Counted from the first letter of the stretch, positions 51,924 through 62,955 are shown. The stretch is DNA of 64,000 nt from Myxococcales bacterium (GCA_012798435.1 JAAZNF010000085.1:695-64694), one strand, 5' to 3'. A program made the numbers and translations. Notes: a model not told the origin generated them from the letters alone.

Positions 51924-54374
51924 ATGTCGAGGCGAGTGCCGTGGCTGCTGTGGCTGGTGCTGGGCGCCGGGTCGGCAGAGGCGCAAGGCATGCTCGGAGG
52001 GGTGTACTCGCCCTTCGACGTGAGCCTGCCATCGGCCTCGGTGGCCGATTGCGACGACCCCACCGCGTTGCTCCTCAACCCGGCGGCGCTCTCCTGGACT
52101 CCGGCCGGGGAGACCCTGTTCCTGGAGGAGGAGCGATTCTCCGTCGAGGGCGGCACCACGCGGGGCCGATCCTTCTCCATGTTGCTTTCGCTGCGGCGGC
52201 TGGGGTTGGGCGTGCAGTACGTCCAGCCCGACACCGGCAACGAACGGCGGGAGTTCCTCAAGTACACCCTGGCCTGGCCGCTCGTCACCGCGGGGCGCTT
52301 CCTCTCCATCGGCGCCGGTCTGGAGATCCTGGACCCCACTCGCACGGCAGAGGAACCGTCGCTGGAGTGGACCGTTGGAGCCATGGTGCGGCCGACGCGT
52401 TTCCTCAGCCTGGGCGTGGTCGGGCGCAACCTGGCCGAGTCTGCCGTCGGGGGCATCCGCGGCGTGCGTACCCTGGATCTGGGCCTGGCGGTGCGCCCGT
52501 TGTGGTTCGACTTCGAGCGCCTGACGCTGGCGGTGGACGCGCGGTTGCAAGAGGACGTGGCCGATCCGCCCCTGCGGTTCACCGGGCGGGTGCGCCTGCT
52601 CGACGGGATAGAGATCTTCGGCTCGGCGGACCTCGAGGGTCGCTTCGGCGCCGGGGTGATGCTGGACTTTTCGCACATGGCGGCCGGGAGCTACCTGGGC
52701 ATCGGCAAGGACGACGGGCCGGCCCTCGGCTCGGTGGTGAGCATGCTGCGGTTTTCCACCGAAGCGCGGCCCGGTTTCGTGATCCCGCGCGGCGGCACCG
52801 CGGTGTTCGTGCTGGACCGTGAGCTGGTGGTGGAGGAGGCCCCGGTCTGGCGCATGTTCGGCTCGCGCCCCACCCTGGGCGATGTGATTCAGGCACTGAG
52901 ACGGGCCGCCCAGGACCCAGCCATCGACTCGGTGCTGCTGAAGATCTCGGATCCGGCGCTACGGCTCTCCGACGTCGATGAGCTGCGCGCCGCGCTGGGC
53001 GAGGTCCGCCAGGCGGGAAAGAAGGTCTTCGCCTACCTGCTCGACGCGGACAACGTCCGCTACTACCTGGCCTCGGCCGCGGACGCCATCTACATGTCCC
53101 CGGCCGGCATGATGGCGGTGCTGGGGCCGGTGACGAAGGCCACCTTCTTCGCCGGGACGCTGGAGTGGCTGGGGGTGCGGATCGAGGCGCTGCGCATCGG
53201 CAAGTACAAGACCGCGGTGGAGACCTTCACCGAGCGCGAGCCGTCGGAAGGCTTGCGCGAGGTCATGCAGAGCCTCAGCGACGAGGCGTTCGGCCACGTC
53301 ATGAGCGCCATCGCCCGCGACCGCGGGGTGACGCTGGAGCGGGTGCGGGAACTGTTGGAGCGGGGTGTGATGCGCCCGCAACAGGCCCGCGAGGCCGGCT
53401 GGGTGGACGGGGTGGCCTACGAGGACGAGCTGGAGGGGCTGCTGGGGTCGGTGCTGGCCCACCCGACCTCGCTGAAAGACGGCTACCTCGCCCGCCGGTC
53501 GCATCGGGACGTGTGGGGGCGGCTCCCGACCATCGCGGTGGTGCACGCCAGCGGCAGCATCACCGGAGACGGCGGGGTGGGTGGCATCCAGGCGGGCGAG
53601 CTGGCCGGGTTGCTCGGCAGCCTGCGGGACGACCCGGCGGTGGCGGCCGTGGTGCTGCGGGTGGACTCGCCGGGAGGGAGCGGGGCGGCCTCGGAGATCA
53701 TCTGGCGCGAGATGGTCCGCCTGCGCGAGAAAAAACCCGTCATCGTGTCCATGTCCAGCGTGGCCGCCTCCGGTGGCTACTACATCAGCGCCCCGGCCCA
53801 CGTGATCGTGGCCGATCCCATGACCATCACTGGCTCCATCGGCGTCTTCGTGATGTTCGCCGACCTGAGTAGGCTGTACCAGAACGTGGGTGTCTCCCAG
53901 GCCGTCGAGAAGCGCGGCGAACATGCGGATCTGGACAGCACCTTCCGCGCCCGCACCCCGGCGGAGCTCGAGATGCTCCAGAAGAACATCGAGGCCTTCT
54001 ACCAGGACTTCCTCCAGAAGGTGGCCCAGGGACGTGACATGACCGTCGAGGAGGTGGATGCCATCGCCCAGGGCCGCGTCTGGACAGGGCGGCAGGCGGC
54101 CGAGAACGGTCTGGTGGACGAGTTGGGCGGGTTGTCGCGCGCCATCCAGATCGCGCGGGAGAAGATGGGGCTTCGGCCGGATGAGCAGGCCCGCATCGTT
54201 CACCTGCCCAGGGCGAGGTTCTCGCTCGGCGCGCTGCTCGGAGAGCTGGGGATCGTCGAGGAGAAGGAGCCAGCCGTCGCGGCGCTGGAGGAGAAACTCA
54301 GGCTCATCGCCGCGCTGGCCTCGCTCGGCCCGGAGCCGATGGCGATGCTGCCGTGGATTTTCGAGGTGAATTAA
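51924..54374 (+). CDS. sppA: Signal peptide peptidase SppA with N-terminal barrel-like domain
   Basis: YYLAS, GKYK.A.E, VDSPGG, AASGGY, TGSIGV, GRVWTG. Confidence 0.9.
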   Translation: MSRRVPWLLWLVLGAGSAEAQGMLGGVYSPFDVSLPSASVADCDDPTALLLNPAALSWTPAGETLFLEEERFSVEGGTTRGRSFSMLLSLRRLGLGVQYVQPDTGNERREFLKYTLAWPLVTAGRFLSIGAGLEILDPTRTAEEPSLEWTVGAMVRPTRFLSLGVVGRNLAESAVGGIRGVRTLDLGLAVRPLWFDFERLTLAVDARLQEDVADPPLRFTGRVRLLDGIEIFGSADLEGRFGAGVMLDFSHMAAGSYLGIGKDDGPALGSVVSMLRFSTEARPGFVIPRGGTAVFVLDRELVVEEAPVWRMFGSRPTLGDVIQALRRAAQDPAIDSVLLKISDPALRLSDVDELRAALGEVRQAGKKVFAYLLDADNVRYYLASAADAIYMSPAGMMAVLGPVTKATFFAGTLEWLGVRIEALRIGKYKTAVETFTEREPSEGLREVMQSLSDEAFGHVMSAIARDRGVTLERVRELLERGVMRPQQAREAGWVDGVAYEDELEGLLGSVLAHPTSLKDGYLARRSHRDVWGRLPTIAVVHASGSITGDGGVGGIQAGELAGLLGSLRDDPAVAAVVLRVDSPGGSGAASEIIWREMVRLREKKPVIVSMSSVAASGGYYISAPAHVIVADPMTITGSIGVFVMFADLSRLYQNVGVSQAVEKRGEHADLDSTFRARTPAELEMLQKNIEAFYQDFLQKVAQGRDMTVEEVDAIAQGRVWTGRQAAENGLVDELGGLSRAIQIAREKMGLRPDEQARIVHLPRARFSLGALLGELGIVEEKEPAVAALEEKLRLIAALASLGPEPMAMLPWIFEVN

Positions 54375-54563
54375 AAAAAGAGGGAGACGCAACAGAAGCG
54401 TGGGCGGGGGGGAAACCCACAACTTACTGGGATGCATCTCCCATAAAATTGAGGAGCTATCGAGCAGGCTGGACAGGCGGGGGGGAAACCTTGCCGGCCC
54501 GCAGCGATTTCTCCTCTAACTCTAACCCGATTTTCAAATGGACCCGAAATATTTCGAATCCTG
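54373..54563 (-). ncRNA. Candidate sigma54-dependent sRNA with two C7-loop hairpins (Pxr-like)
   Basis: Two long stems with identical UUUCCCCCCCG loops, 3' U7 tract, consensus sigma54 promoter upstream, no credible ORF. Confidence 0.7.
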
Positions 54564-54573
54564 GCATCTTTTT

Positions 54574-54590
54574 AGCAATACGCGTGCCAA
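54574..54590 (-). promoter_or_regulatory. sigma54 -24/-12 promoter
   Basis: TTGGCACGCGTATTGCT, full consensus. Confidence 0.8.
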
Positions 54591-54603
54591 AATTAATTTC
54601 TCA

Positions 54604-54616
54604 CAACAAGTTGATT
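54604..54616 (-). promoter_or_regulatory. IHF-consensus site
   Basis: AATCAACTTGTTG matches WATCAANNNNTTR in an AT-rich context. Confidence 0.55.
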
Positions 54617-54655
54617 GATAAGCTGTTTTGATATGAATGTAACCAAAAAAATATG

Positions 54656-54685
54656 TTGACAATACCACATTCGGGGTAATAATAC
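54656..54685 (+). promoter_or_regulatory. sigma70-type promoter of the NtrC-like gene
   Basis: TTGACA followed at 16-18 nt by AATAAT/TAATAC. Confidence 0.5.
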
Positions 54686-54741
54686 CTCATTTATGCGTGA
54701 GTTACATTTCCAGGGATGAGGTCTTTTTACCAGGGTACGAC

Positions 54742-56163
<1,422 letters not shown>

Positions 56164-56255
56164 CGCCGGCGCATCCGCAGTTTGTCCTCCACGCCGGCAT
56201 CTGCTATCCTGCGCTCGCTTCCCGCCGGGTCTTGCGCGGCGAAGGATGGAGCGGT

Positions 56256-56903
56256 ATGGCGAAACGGTCGACAGCCAGGCGACGTGTGATGAGGCCGCTT
56301 TCGCGGGGAGAGCAAGAGCGCCAGCGGAAGCGGGCGCGAGCCGGGCGCACGAGCCGGGCTCGCCCGTCCGCCCGGGTGGCAGTCCCTCGGGTCGGTTTCG
56401 GATACGATGTCCACCGCCTCGTACCCGGCCGCCGCCTGCGTCTGTGCGGTGTGGACGTCCCCTCGCCGGTCGGGCCGCTGGCCCACTCGGACGGCGACTG
56501 CGCGCTGCACGCGCTCATGGACGCCATCCTCGGCGCCTGTGGCCTGCCGGACATCGGTCAGCTCTTCCCGAACACCGACGCGCGCTTCGCGGGCGCGGAC
56601 TCCCGCCGCTTGCTCGCCGAGGTGGTGGAAAGGGCGCGGCGGGCGGGGTACCGGGTATCCTCGGTCGACGTCTTCTTGCTGGTCGAGCGCCCGCGCTTGA
56701 GCCCTCACCTGGCCGCGATGCGGGCCGTGCTCGCCGGCTGTCTGCGGGTCTCCCCGGACGCGGTGGGGCTCCAGGCGACCAGCGGAGAGGGGTTGGGCTT
56801 CGTCGGCCGGGGAGAGGGCCTGGCCGCCTGGGCCGTGGCGGTGATGACGGCGGACGAGGCGCATCCGCGATCGCACCGAACCAAGAAAGGAATCGGCACG
56901 TGA
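56256..56903 (+). CDS. ispF: 2-C-methyl-D-erythritol 2,4-cyclodiphosphate synthase
   Basis: RVGFGYDVH, HSDGD..LHA..DA, DIGQLFP, ATSGEGLGF.GRGEG; start uncertain. Confidence 0.93.
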   Translation: MAKRSTARRRVMRPLSRGEQERQRKRARAGRTSRARPSARVAVPRVGFGYDVHRLVPGRRLRLCGVDVPSPVGPLAHSDGDCALHALMDAILGACGLPDIGQLFPNTDARFAGADSRRLLAEVVERARRAGYRVSSVDVFLLVERPRLSPHLAAMRAVLAGCLRVSPDAVGLQATSGEGLGFVGRGEGLAAWAVAVMTADEAHPRSHRTKKGIGT

Positions 56904-57565
56904 CCTTGGAGCCCGAGACCCCCGCTGGTGACGCGGGCGAGGCATCCGCGGAGGAGATCCAGGCGTTGCTGCGGCGCCTGCGCGCCCGGCGCCTGCGCCA
57001 CCTGGTGCTGTTGTGCGTGTTCGCGGTGTTTTCCGGCGTCTTGCTGTGGATGCTGCGGGACGAGATCGGTTACTTCTTCTCCTCGGGCGAGCCGCTCGAT
57101 CTGGGCGCGGCCGAGGAGCTATCACCGCGCGCACTTCCCCACAACACCTTCGTCTCGGTCCAGGGGATCGCGCGCGACCTGTGCGTGCGGGCCGACCTGC
57201 TCACCGGCAAGGTGCGCTTCTTGTACCTGCTGGGTTCGGAGATGGGCAGCCGCATCCTGATCCAGGTGCCGGCGGGGGACGAGGGCGGGTGCCTGGGCGC
57301 GGAGGAGCGCGCCTTTCGCGGCCGGCTGGTGGCGCTGGCCGCCACGCGCCGCTTCGACGGGGTGGTGACCTACTACCGCGAGCACTTTCCCTCGGCGCCG
57401 CGCGACGGCGCGCTGTACCTGTTGCTGGACGGCGAACGCCCCCGCTCGGGGTGGTTCTACCCGGCCGTGGTGGGGGTGCTGCTGCTCCTCTTCGCCATCA
57501 ATCTGCGGCTTCTCGTGAAGATGCGGCGGCGCATCCGGGAAGTCGCCACGGGAGACGCGGGATGA
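56900..57565 (+). CDS. Hypothetical two-TM membrane protein
   Basis: 4-nt overlaps with ispF and cysS; YFFS...P.DLG after the first TM. Confidence 0.7.
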   Translation: MTLEPETPAGDAGEASAEEIQALLRRLRARRLRHLVLLCVFAVFSGVLLWMLRDEIGYFFSSGEPLDLGAAEELSPRALPHNTFVSVQGIARDLCVRADLLTGKVRFLYLLGSEMGSRILIQVPAGDEGGCLGAEERAFRGRLVALAATRRFDGVVTYYREHFPSAPRDGALYLLLDGERPRSGWFYPAVVGVLLLLFAINLRLLVKMRRRIREVATGDAG

Positions 57566-59136
57566 CCATTTCCATCTTCAATACCCTCTCCAACCGCAAG
57601 GAGGAGTTCCGCCCCCTGGCGCCTCCCCGAGTGGGCATGTACGTGTGCGGCGTCACCGTCTACGACATGTGCCACGTGGGTCACGCCCGGGCCTACGTCA
57701 CCGCCGACGTGATCTTCCGCTACCTGAACTTCCGCGGCTACCAGGTGACGTACGTGCGCAACTTCACCGACGTGGACGACAAGATCATCCGCCGCGCGGG
57801 CGAGCTGGGCATCCCCACCCGCGAGCTCTCCGAGCGCTACATCCGCGAGTTCTACGACGACATGGACGCGCTGTTCGTGCGCCGCCCCCAGGTCGAGCCC
57901 AAGGTGACCGAACACATCCCGGAGATCGTGGACATGGTGCGGCGGCTGCTCGAGCGCGGCCACGCCTACGTGGTGGACGGCGACGTGTACTTCGACGTGC
58001 GCTCCTTCCCCATGTACGGGCGGCTGTCGGGGCGCAACCTGAACGACATGAAGGCCGGGGCCCGCGTCGAGGTGGACGAGCGCAAGCGCTACGCCCTCGA
58101 CTTCGCCCTGTGGAAGGCCAGCAAGTCGGGAGAGCCGGCCTGGGACAGCCCGTGGGGGCCGGGCCGGCCCGGCTGGCACATCGAGTGCTCCACCATGAGC
58201 AGCAAGTACCTGGGTGACACCTTCGACCTGCACGGCGGCGGCAAGGACCTGGTGTTCCCCCACCACGAGAACGAGATCGCCCAGAGCGAGGCCGCCACCG
58301 GCAAGCCGTTCGTGAAGGTGTTCTTCCACAACGGCTTCGTCAACATCGACAAGGAGAAGATGTCGAAGAGCCTGGGCAACTTCTTCACCATCCGCGAGAT
58401 CCGCGAGCGCTACGATCCCGAGGCGCTGCGCCTGTTCATCCTCACCACCCACTACCGCAGCCCCATCAACTTCGAGGTGCAGCTGTGCTGCCCGTCCTGC
58501 GACGGGCCGCTGACCTCCGAGGCCTACCAGGCGCGCGCGTGTCCCGGGTGCGGCAAGGCCTTCGAGGCCGAGGCCGGCCGGCGCGCGGTGCGCTTCCCCG
58601 CGCTGGAGGAGGCCCAGCGCCGCCTGGTGTACCTGTACGAGACGCGGGCCCGGCTGAACCGGGCGCTGGGGTCGCTGGCCACCGGCATGGGCGAGGCGCT
58701 GCGCGCGCAGGAGATCGAGGCGCTGCGGGCGAAGTTCCTCGATGCCATGGACGACGACTTCAACGCCGCCGCCGCCCTGGCGGCGCTGTCCGACGCCGCC
58801 CGGCTGGCCAACGAGGTGCTGGACAACAAGGCCGGGCAATCCGAGACCCTGGTCGTCTCCACCGCCCAGCGCCTCCAGGACCTGTTCGGGGTCTTTTCGG
58901 AGGTGTTGGGGCTGCTCGAGCGCGACCCGGCCGCGGCGCTCGACTCGCTCTCCCGCCGCGCCCTGGGCGCGCGCGCGCTCGATCCGGCCGAGATCGAGCG
59001 GATGATCGGCGAGCGCAACGCGGCGCGAAAGCGCAAGGACTTCAAGGAGGCCGATCGCATCCGCGATCAGTTGCTCCAGCAGGGCATCGAGCTGATGGAT
59101 TCGCCCCAGGGCACCCGCTGGCGGGCCAAGGGGTGA
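57562..59136 (+). CDS. cysS: Cysteinyl-tRNA synthetase
   Basis: YVCGVTVYD.CHVGH, PGWHIEC, FPHHENE, KMSKS, DDFN. Confidence 0.97.
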   Translation: MTISIFNTLSNRKEEFRPLAPPRVGMYVCGVTVYDMCHVGHARAYVTADVIFRYLNFRGYQVTYVRNFTDVDDKIIRRAGELGIPTRELSERYIREFYDDMDALFVRRPQVEPKVTEHIPEIVDMVRRLLERGHAYVVDGDVYFDVRSFPMYGRLSGRNLNDMKAGARVEVDERKRYALDFALWKASKSGEPAWDSPWGPGRPGWHIECSTMSSKYLGDTFDLHGGGKDLVFPHHENEIAQSEAATGKPFVKVFFHNGFVNIDKEKMSKSLGNFFTIREIRERYDPEALRLFILTTHYRSPINFEVQLCCPSCDGPLTSEAYQARACPGCGKAFEAEAGRRAVRFPALEEAQRRLVYLYETRARLNRALGSLATGMGEALRAQEIEALRAKFLDAMDDDFNAAAALAALSDAARLANEVLDNKAGQSETLVVSTAQRLQDLFGVFSEVLGLLERDPAAALDSLSRRALGARALDPAEIERMIGERNAARKRKDFKEADRIRDQLLQQGIELMDSPQGTRWRAKG

Positions 59137-59177
59137 GACGCCCTTCCGGCGCCGTCTCCGCCCACTCGCGTTTTCTG

Positions 59178-59276
59178 GAGTCTGCCTTCGCTTCGAGACT
59201 CTCGGCGATAGCCTTCGCTCGGCTTGTGCTGTCGAGGGCCTACGGTCCCTTCGGGATTCGCTTCGCTCACCCTTGA
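59178..59276. repeat. REP-like mosaic repeat, copy 2
   Basis: Shares a 19-mer, GTCTGCCTYCGC and a TCGCTTCGCTC-containing stem with 44834-44919. Confidence 0.65.
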
Positions 59277-59407
59277 GGTTCCGGCGGGGCTTTTCTTGGG
59301 TGGCGTCTTTTTCTGGGGTTCTTCCATAGGGGATCGAGAGGGTGCGGCGCCCTCGCTGAGTGTCTTTCGGTTTGCTCGTGTTCCCGCAATCGGGGGGAGC
59401 TCGCGCT

Positions 59408-61552
59408 TCAGCGCGCCCGCAGGTCGAGCTTGGAGGAGTAGGGGTCGGTGCGCAGGTTGTGCTTGAAGTTGCTCACCCAGGCCAGATCGCCGGCGGCGTT
59501 CATCACCTGGTCGGCGAAGAAGCCGTAGGCCCCCTCGAAGGCGTCCCCGGAGAGCTTGCGCGCCAGCACCTCCACCGCCCACACCCCGGCAGGGTTGCGG
59601 ATGGCGTAATCCAGATCCAGCGAGGTGCCGTCCTGGTAGGCCAAACGCACGTTGCCGGCGGAGTCGAGCAGGATGCTGGCGTAATTGCCCACCCAGTGCA
59701 GGCCCTCGGCCGCGTGCGCCGGATCGGTCGGGTCGCCGTTCGCGTCCCTGGCGCCGGCGTCCACCAGCTCGATGGCGGCGGCGGCCACGTTGGTGCCGGG
59801 GAAGCTCAGGTAGTACAGGCTGCCCAGATCGGCGTCCTGGAAGGCGATGTGCACACGGCTGTCGGCCCCGATGGCCAGCGTGGCCTCGGCCCCCAGGTTG
59901 CCCAGGTCCTGCCCGCCGCCGTCCTCGCCGGCGAGGGTGACCGGCGCGCCGAAACTGCCCGCGCTGGTGTTGAACAATACGAACTTCAGATTGCCGCGCA
60001 GGCTGTCGTAGTAGGCCACGGCCGGCACGTCCCCGGGGTAGAGCGCCAGGCTGGCGAACAGCCCCACCCCTGGCGGCAGATCCTCCAGGCCCGGCTCCGG
60101 CATGAGATCCTGGCACCCACCGGCCACGCAGGCCTGGTCGCTTCCGCAGCCCGCGCCGCCCCCGCAGTTGGCCGGGTCGTCGGCGGTGGCGCAGGCGCCG
60201 CTGTCCTTCAGGCATACGGTGCCGGCCGCGCAGTCGGCGGGAGCGCAGGGGACCGCCGCCGTGTCGGCCACGTAGATGCTCCAGTCGGTCACGGCCGCCG
60301 GATTGGGCACGGTGGCCCAGGCCAGGCGCAAGCTGGCCTGGAGGTTGTCCTTCACCGTCATGTAGGCGATGAGCGGCCGACCCTGGGAGTCGATGGCCAG
60401 CGAGGTGAAGCGGCCGGTGTCGCCCAGGTTGTCCACCACCTGCACCATCCATTGCGCTCCGTCGAAGGCGGCGTACTTGAGATCGCCGTGGGTGCGGTCG
60501 TAGTAGGAGATGCGCGGCAGGCCGTCGGCGCCCACTACGATGTCGGTGTCCCAGCCCACGTCGTCACCCGGCTCGGCGATGCCGCCGCGGGGGCCGGCCG
60601 CCGCGCCCACGCAGGGGGCGCCGTCGGGGACGCCGTCCACGAAGCTCCAGCGCACCGTGGCCCCCGCCTGGGCGGCCTCGGCCACGCCGAAGATCAGATC
60701 GCCGTAGGGCCGGCCGAAGTAGCCCGAGAACACCGGTACCCCGTCCGCCCCGAGGGCCACGGCCGAGTGCTGTCCGGCGAAGGCGTCGGGGAGCGGCGGC
60801 AGCGGCAGGCAGGAGCAGTCCGCGCCTTCGATGGCGCAGCTCTGCTCGCTCACCGAGCCGCCCGGATCGGGGTTGACCTGCTCGCAGGCGGGGCAGGTGA
60901 CGCCCTCGCAGGCCACCGGGATGTCGCGGCACAGCTGGTCCTGGCGGCAGCAGTATTTTCCGTCGGGGCAGGTGCCGCCGCACGGGGCGCAGCACTTGCA
61001 CTCGCCGAGCTTGCAGCAGCCGAAGGTGTCACCGGCGCATTCCTGGTAGAGCGGGAAGCCGCTGTCCTGGCACTGGGCGTCGGACTCGCAGCGCACGTAG
61101 TCGCACACCCGGCAACCCAGATCGGGATCGGGGTCCGGGGTGCAGAAACGGGGCTGGGTGCCGTCGGGAGGGCAGTCGCCGTCGGAAGTGCAGGCGAAGC
61201 TCCGGCAGCAACTGTCCTTGCACTCCATGCACACGCCCAGGTCGGCGCAGTCGGCGTTGCGCTCACAGGTCTTGGTGGTGCAGGCCGGTCCGCAATCGGT
61301 GGTGCATTTCCCGTCCTTGCAGCACTCGCCCTGGCCCTTGCACGGGTAGTCGGGCTCGTAGCACTCCACCAGCCCGCCGCAGCATTTGTCGATGCAGGTG
61401 GCGCCGCCGCTACAGGTGCTGGAGTCCTGGCACTCCAGCCCCGGCGGGCAGATGCCGTGCAGGGTCGGGTTGTCGCAGTCGCAGTCGGAGAACGAGAGCG
61501 TCGCCCCCAGGAGGAAGAGGCCGCCACGAAAAACAAAACGTCGGAGGGTCAC
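59408..61552 (-). CDS. Exported Cys-rich protein with C-terminal beta-propeller
   Basis: Signal peptide ending DCDC; Cys-rich N-third; G..xSLA...G.P.IAYYD...LKY blades; AAGGAG RBS before GTG. Confidence 0.8.
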   Translation of the reverse strand: MTLRRFVFRGGLFLLGATLSFSDCDCDNPTLHGICPPGLECQDSSTCSGGATCIDKCCGGLVECYEPDYPCKGQGECCKDGKCTTDCGPACTTKTCERNADCADLGVCMECKDSCCRSFACTSDGDCPPDGTQPRFCTPDPDPDLGCRVCDYVRCESDAQCQDSGFPLYQECAGDTFGCCKLGECKCCAPCGGTCPDGKYCCRQDQLCRDIPVACEGVTCPACEQVNPDPGGSVSEQSCAIEGADCSCLPLPPLPDAFAGQHSAVALGADGVPVFSGYFGRPYGDLIFGVAEAAQAGATVRWSFVDGVPDGAPCVGAAAGPRGGIAEPGDDVGWDTDIVVGADGLPRISYYDRTHGDLKYAAFDGAQWMVQVVDNLGDTGRFTSLAIDSQGRPLIAYMTVKDNLQASLRLAWATVPNPAAVTDWSIYVADTAAVPCAPADCAAGTVCLKDSGACATADDPANCGGGAGCGSDQACVAGGCQDLMPEPGLEDLPPGVGLFASLALYPGDVPAVAYYDSLRGNLKFVLFNTSAGSFGAPVTLAGEDGGGQDLGNLGAEATLAIGADSRVHIAFQDADLGSLYYLSFPGTNVAAAAIELVDAGARDANGDPTDPAHAAEGLHWVGNYASILLDSAGNVRLAYQDGTSLDLDYAIRNPAGVWAVEVLARKLSGDAFEGAYGFFADQVMNAAGDLAWVSNFKHNLRTDPYSSKLDLRAR

Positions 61553-61718
61553 GGCATCTCCTTTCGTAAACGACCGGGTCTTTCGGTACCGGCTCATTAT
61601 GGCAGGATCTTCCGAGCGGGCGCAAGTCAGGGGGAGCCCCGGGACGGAGCGTACGCGCTTGACCCTGCCTCGCGTGTTCGGATAGCGTGGCGGGCGAGGC
61701 CTCTACCGGAGGGACGGC

Positions 61719-62903
61719 ATGCGGCTCGAAGACATCCAGAAAGCGCTCCAATCCGCTCAGCTCGACGGCTGGTTGTTCTACGACTTTCACAACCGCGACC
61801 CCATCGCCTACCGGGTGCTGGGGTTGGACTATGGAAAATTCACCTCGCGCCGCTGGTTCTACTTCATCCCCGCGCGCGGCGAGCCGGTGAAGCTGGCCCA
61901 CAAGGTGGAGCCGGGCAAGCTGGATTCCCTGCCGGGGACCAAGCGCCTGTACCTGAGCTGGCGCGAGCTGCACCAGAACCTGGCCGAGATCTTGAAGGGC
62001 ACCCGCCGCCTGGCCATGCAGATCTCGCCGCTGGCAGCCATCCCCTACGTGTCCACGGTGGACGCGGGCACGGCCGAGCTGGTGCGCGGCTTCGGTGTGG
62101 AACTGTGCTCCTCGGCCGAGCTGGTGCAGGCCTTCGAGGCGGTAATCGACGAGGCCGGCTACCGCTCCCACCGCGAGGCCGGCGAGAAGATCCATCGCAT
62201 CAAGGACCAGGCCTTCGCCCGCATCGGCGAGGCCCTCAAGAAGGGCCAGAAGCTCACCGAGGTCGAGCTGCAACGTTTCATCCTGCGGCGTTTCAAGGAG
62301 GAGGGGCTCACCTGCATGGGCGAGAACCCCATCGTGGGTATCAACGACCACCCGGCCGACCCGCACTTCGAGCCCACCGAGCAGAACAGCCGGCCCTTCG
62401 CCCGCGGAGACAAGGTGCTCATCGATCTGTGGGCCAAGCTCGAGCGCCCCGGCGCCATCTTCTACGACATCACCTGGTGCGGCTTCATCGGCAAGAGCCC
62501 GCCCGCCAGGTACCAGCAGATCTTCCGCCTGGCCTGCCAGGCGCGTCGGGCGGCGGTGGCGCTGGTGCGGGAGCGTTTCCGCGACAAGAAGAGCTGCTGC
62601 GGCTGGGAGGTAGACGACGCCTGCCGCAAGGTGATCCAGGACGGCGGCTTCGGCGAGTTCTTCATCCACCGCACCGGCCACAGCATCGGCGAGGCGGTGC
62701 ATGGCAACGGCGTGAACATCGACAACCTGGAGACCCGCGACGAGCGCCGCCTGGTCCCGGGGGTGTGCTTCTCCATCGAGCCGGGCATCTACCTGCCCGG
62801 CGAGATGGCGGTGCGCACCGAGATCGACGTGTTCATCACCGCCGCCGGCGAGGTCGAGGTCACCGGCCCCGAGCAGGAGGAACTGATCCTCATCGAGGCC
62901 TGA
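61719..62903 (+). CDS. M24 family (Xaa-Pro) metallopeptidase
   Basis: DPHF, LIDLWAK, YDITW, HRTGHSIG, SIEPGIY, RTE. Confidence 0.92.
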   Translation: MRLEDIQKALQSAQLDGWLFYDFHNRDPIAYRVLGLDYGKFTSRRWFYFIPARGEPVKLAHKVEPGKLDSLPGTKRLYLSWRELHQNLAEILKGTRRLAMQISPLAAIPYVSTVDAGTAELVRGFGVELCSSAELVQAFEAVIDEAGYRSHREAGEKIHRIKDQAFARIGEALKKGQKLTEVELQRFILRRFKEEGLTCMGENPIVGINDHPADPHFEPTEQNSRPFARGDKVLIDLWAKLERPGAIFYDITWCGFIGKSPPARYQQIFRLACQARRAAVALVRERFRDKKSCCGWEVDDACRKVIQDGGFGEFFIHRTGHSIGEAVHGNGVNIDNLETRDERRLVPGVCFSIEPGIYLPGEMAVRTEIDVFITAAGEVEVTGPEQEELILIEA

Positions 62904-62955
62904 GCGGGATGGAGGCGTTCGGGTCGCGGCCGAGGGCCGCGCCAGGGAGGTCGTC

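Noticed and set aside
54353..54631. 92-aa ORF in the sppA-ntrC gap
   Set aside because: Atypical codons, overlaps sppA and runs across promoter elements and hairpins
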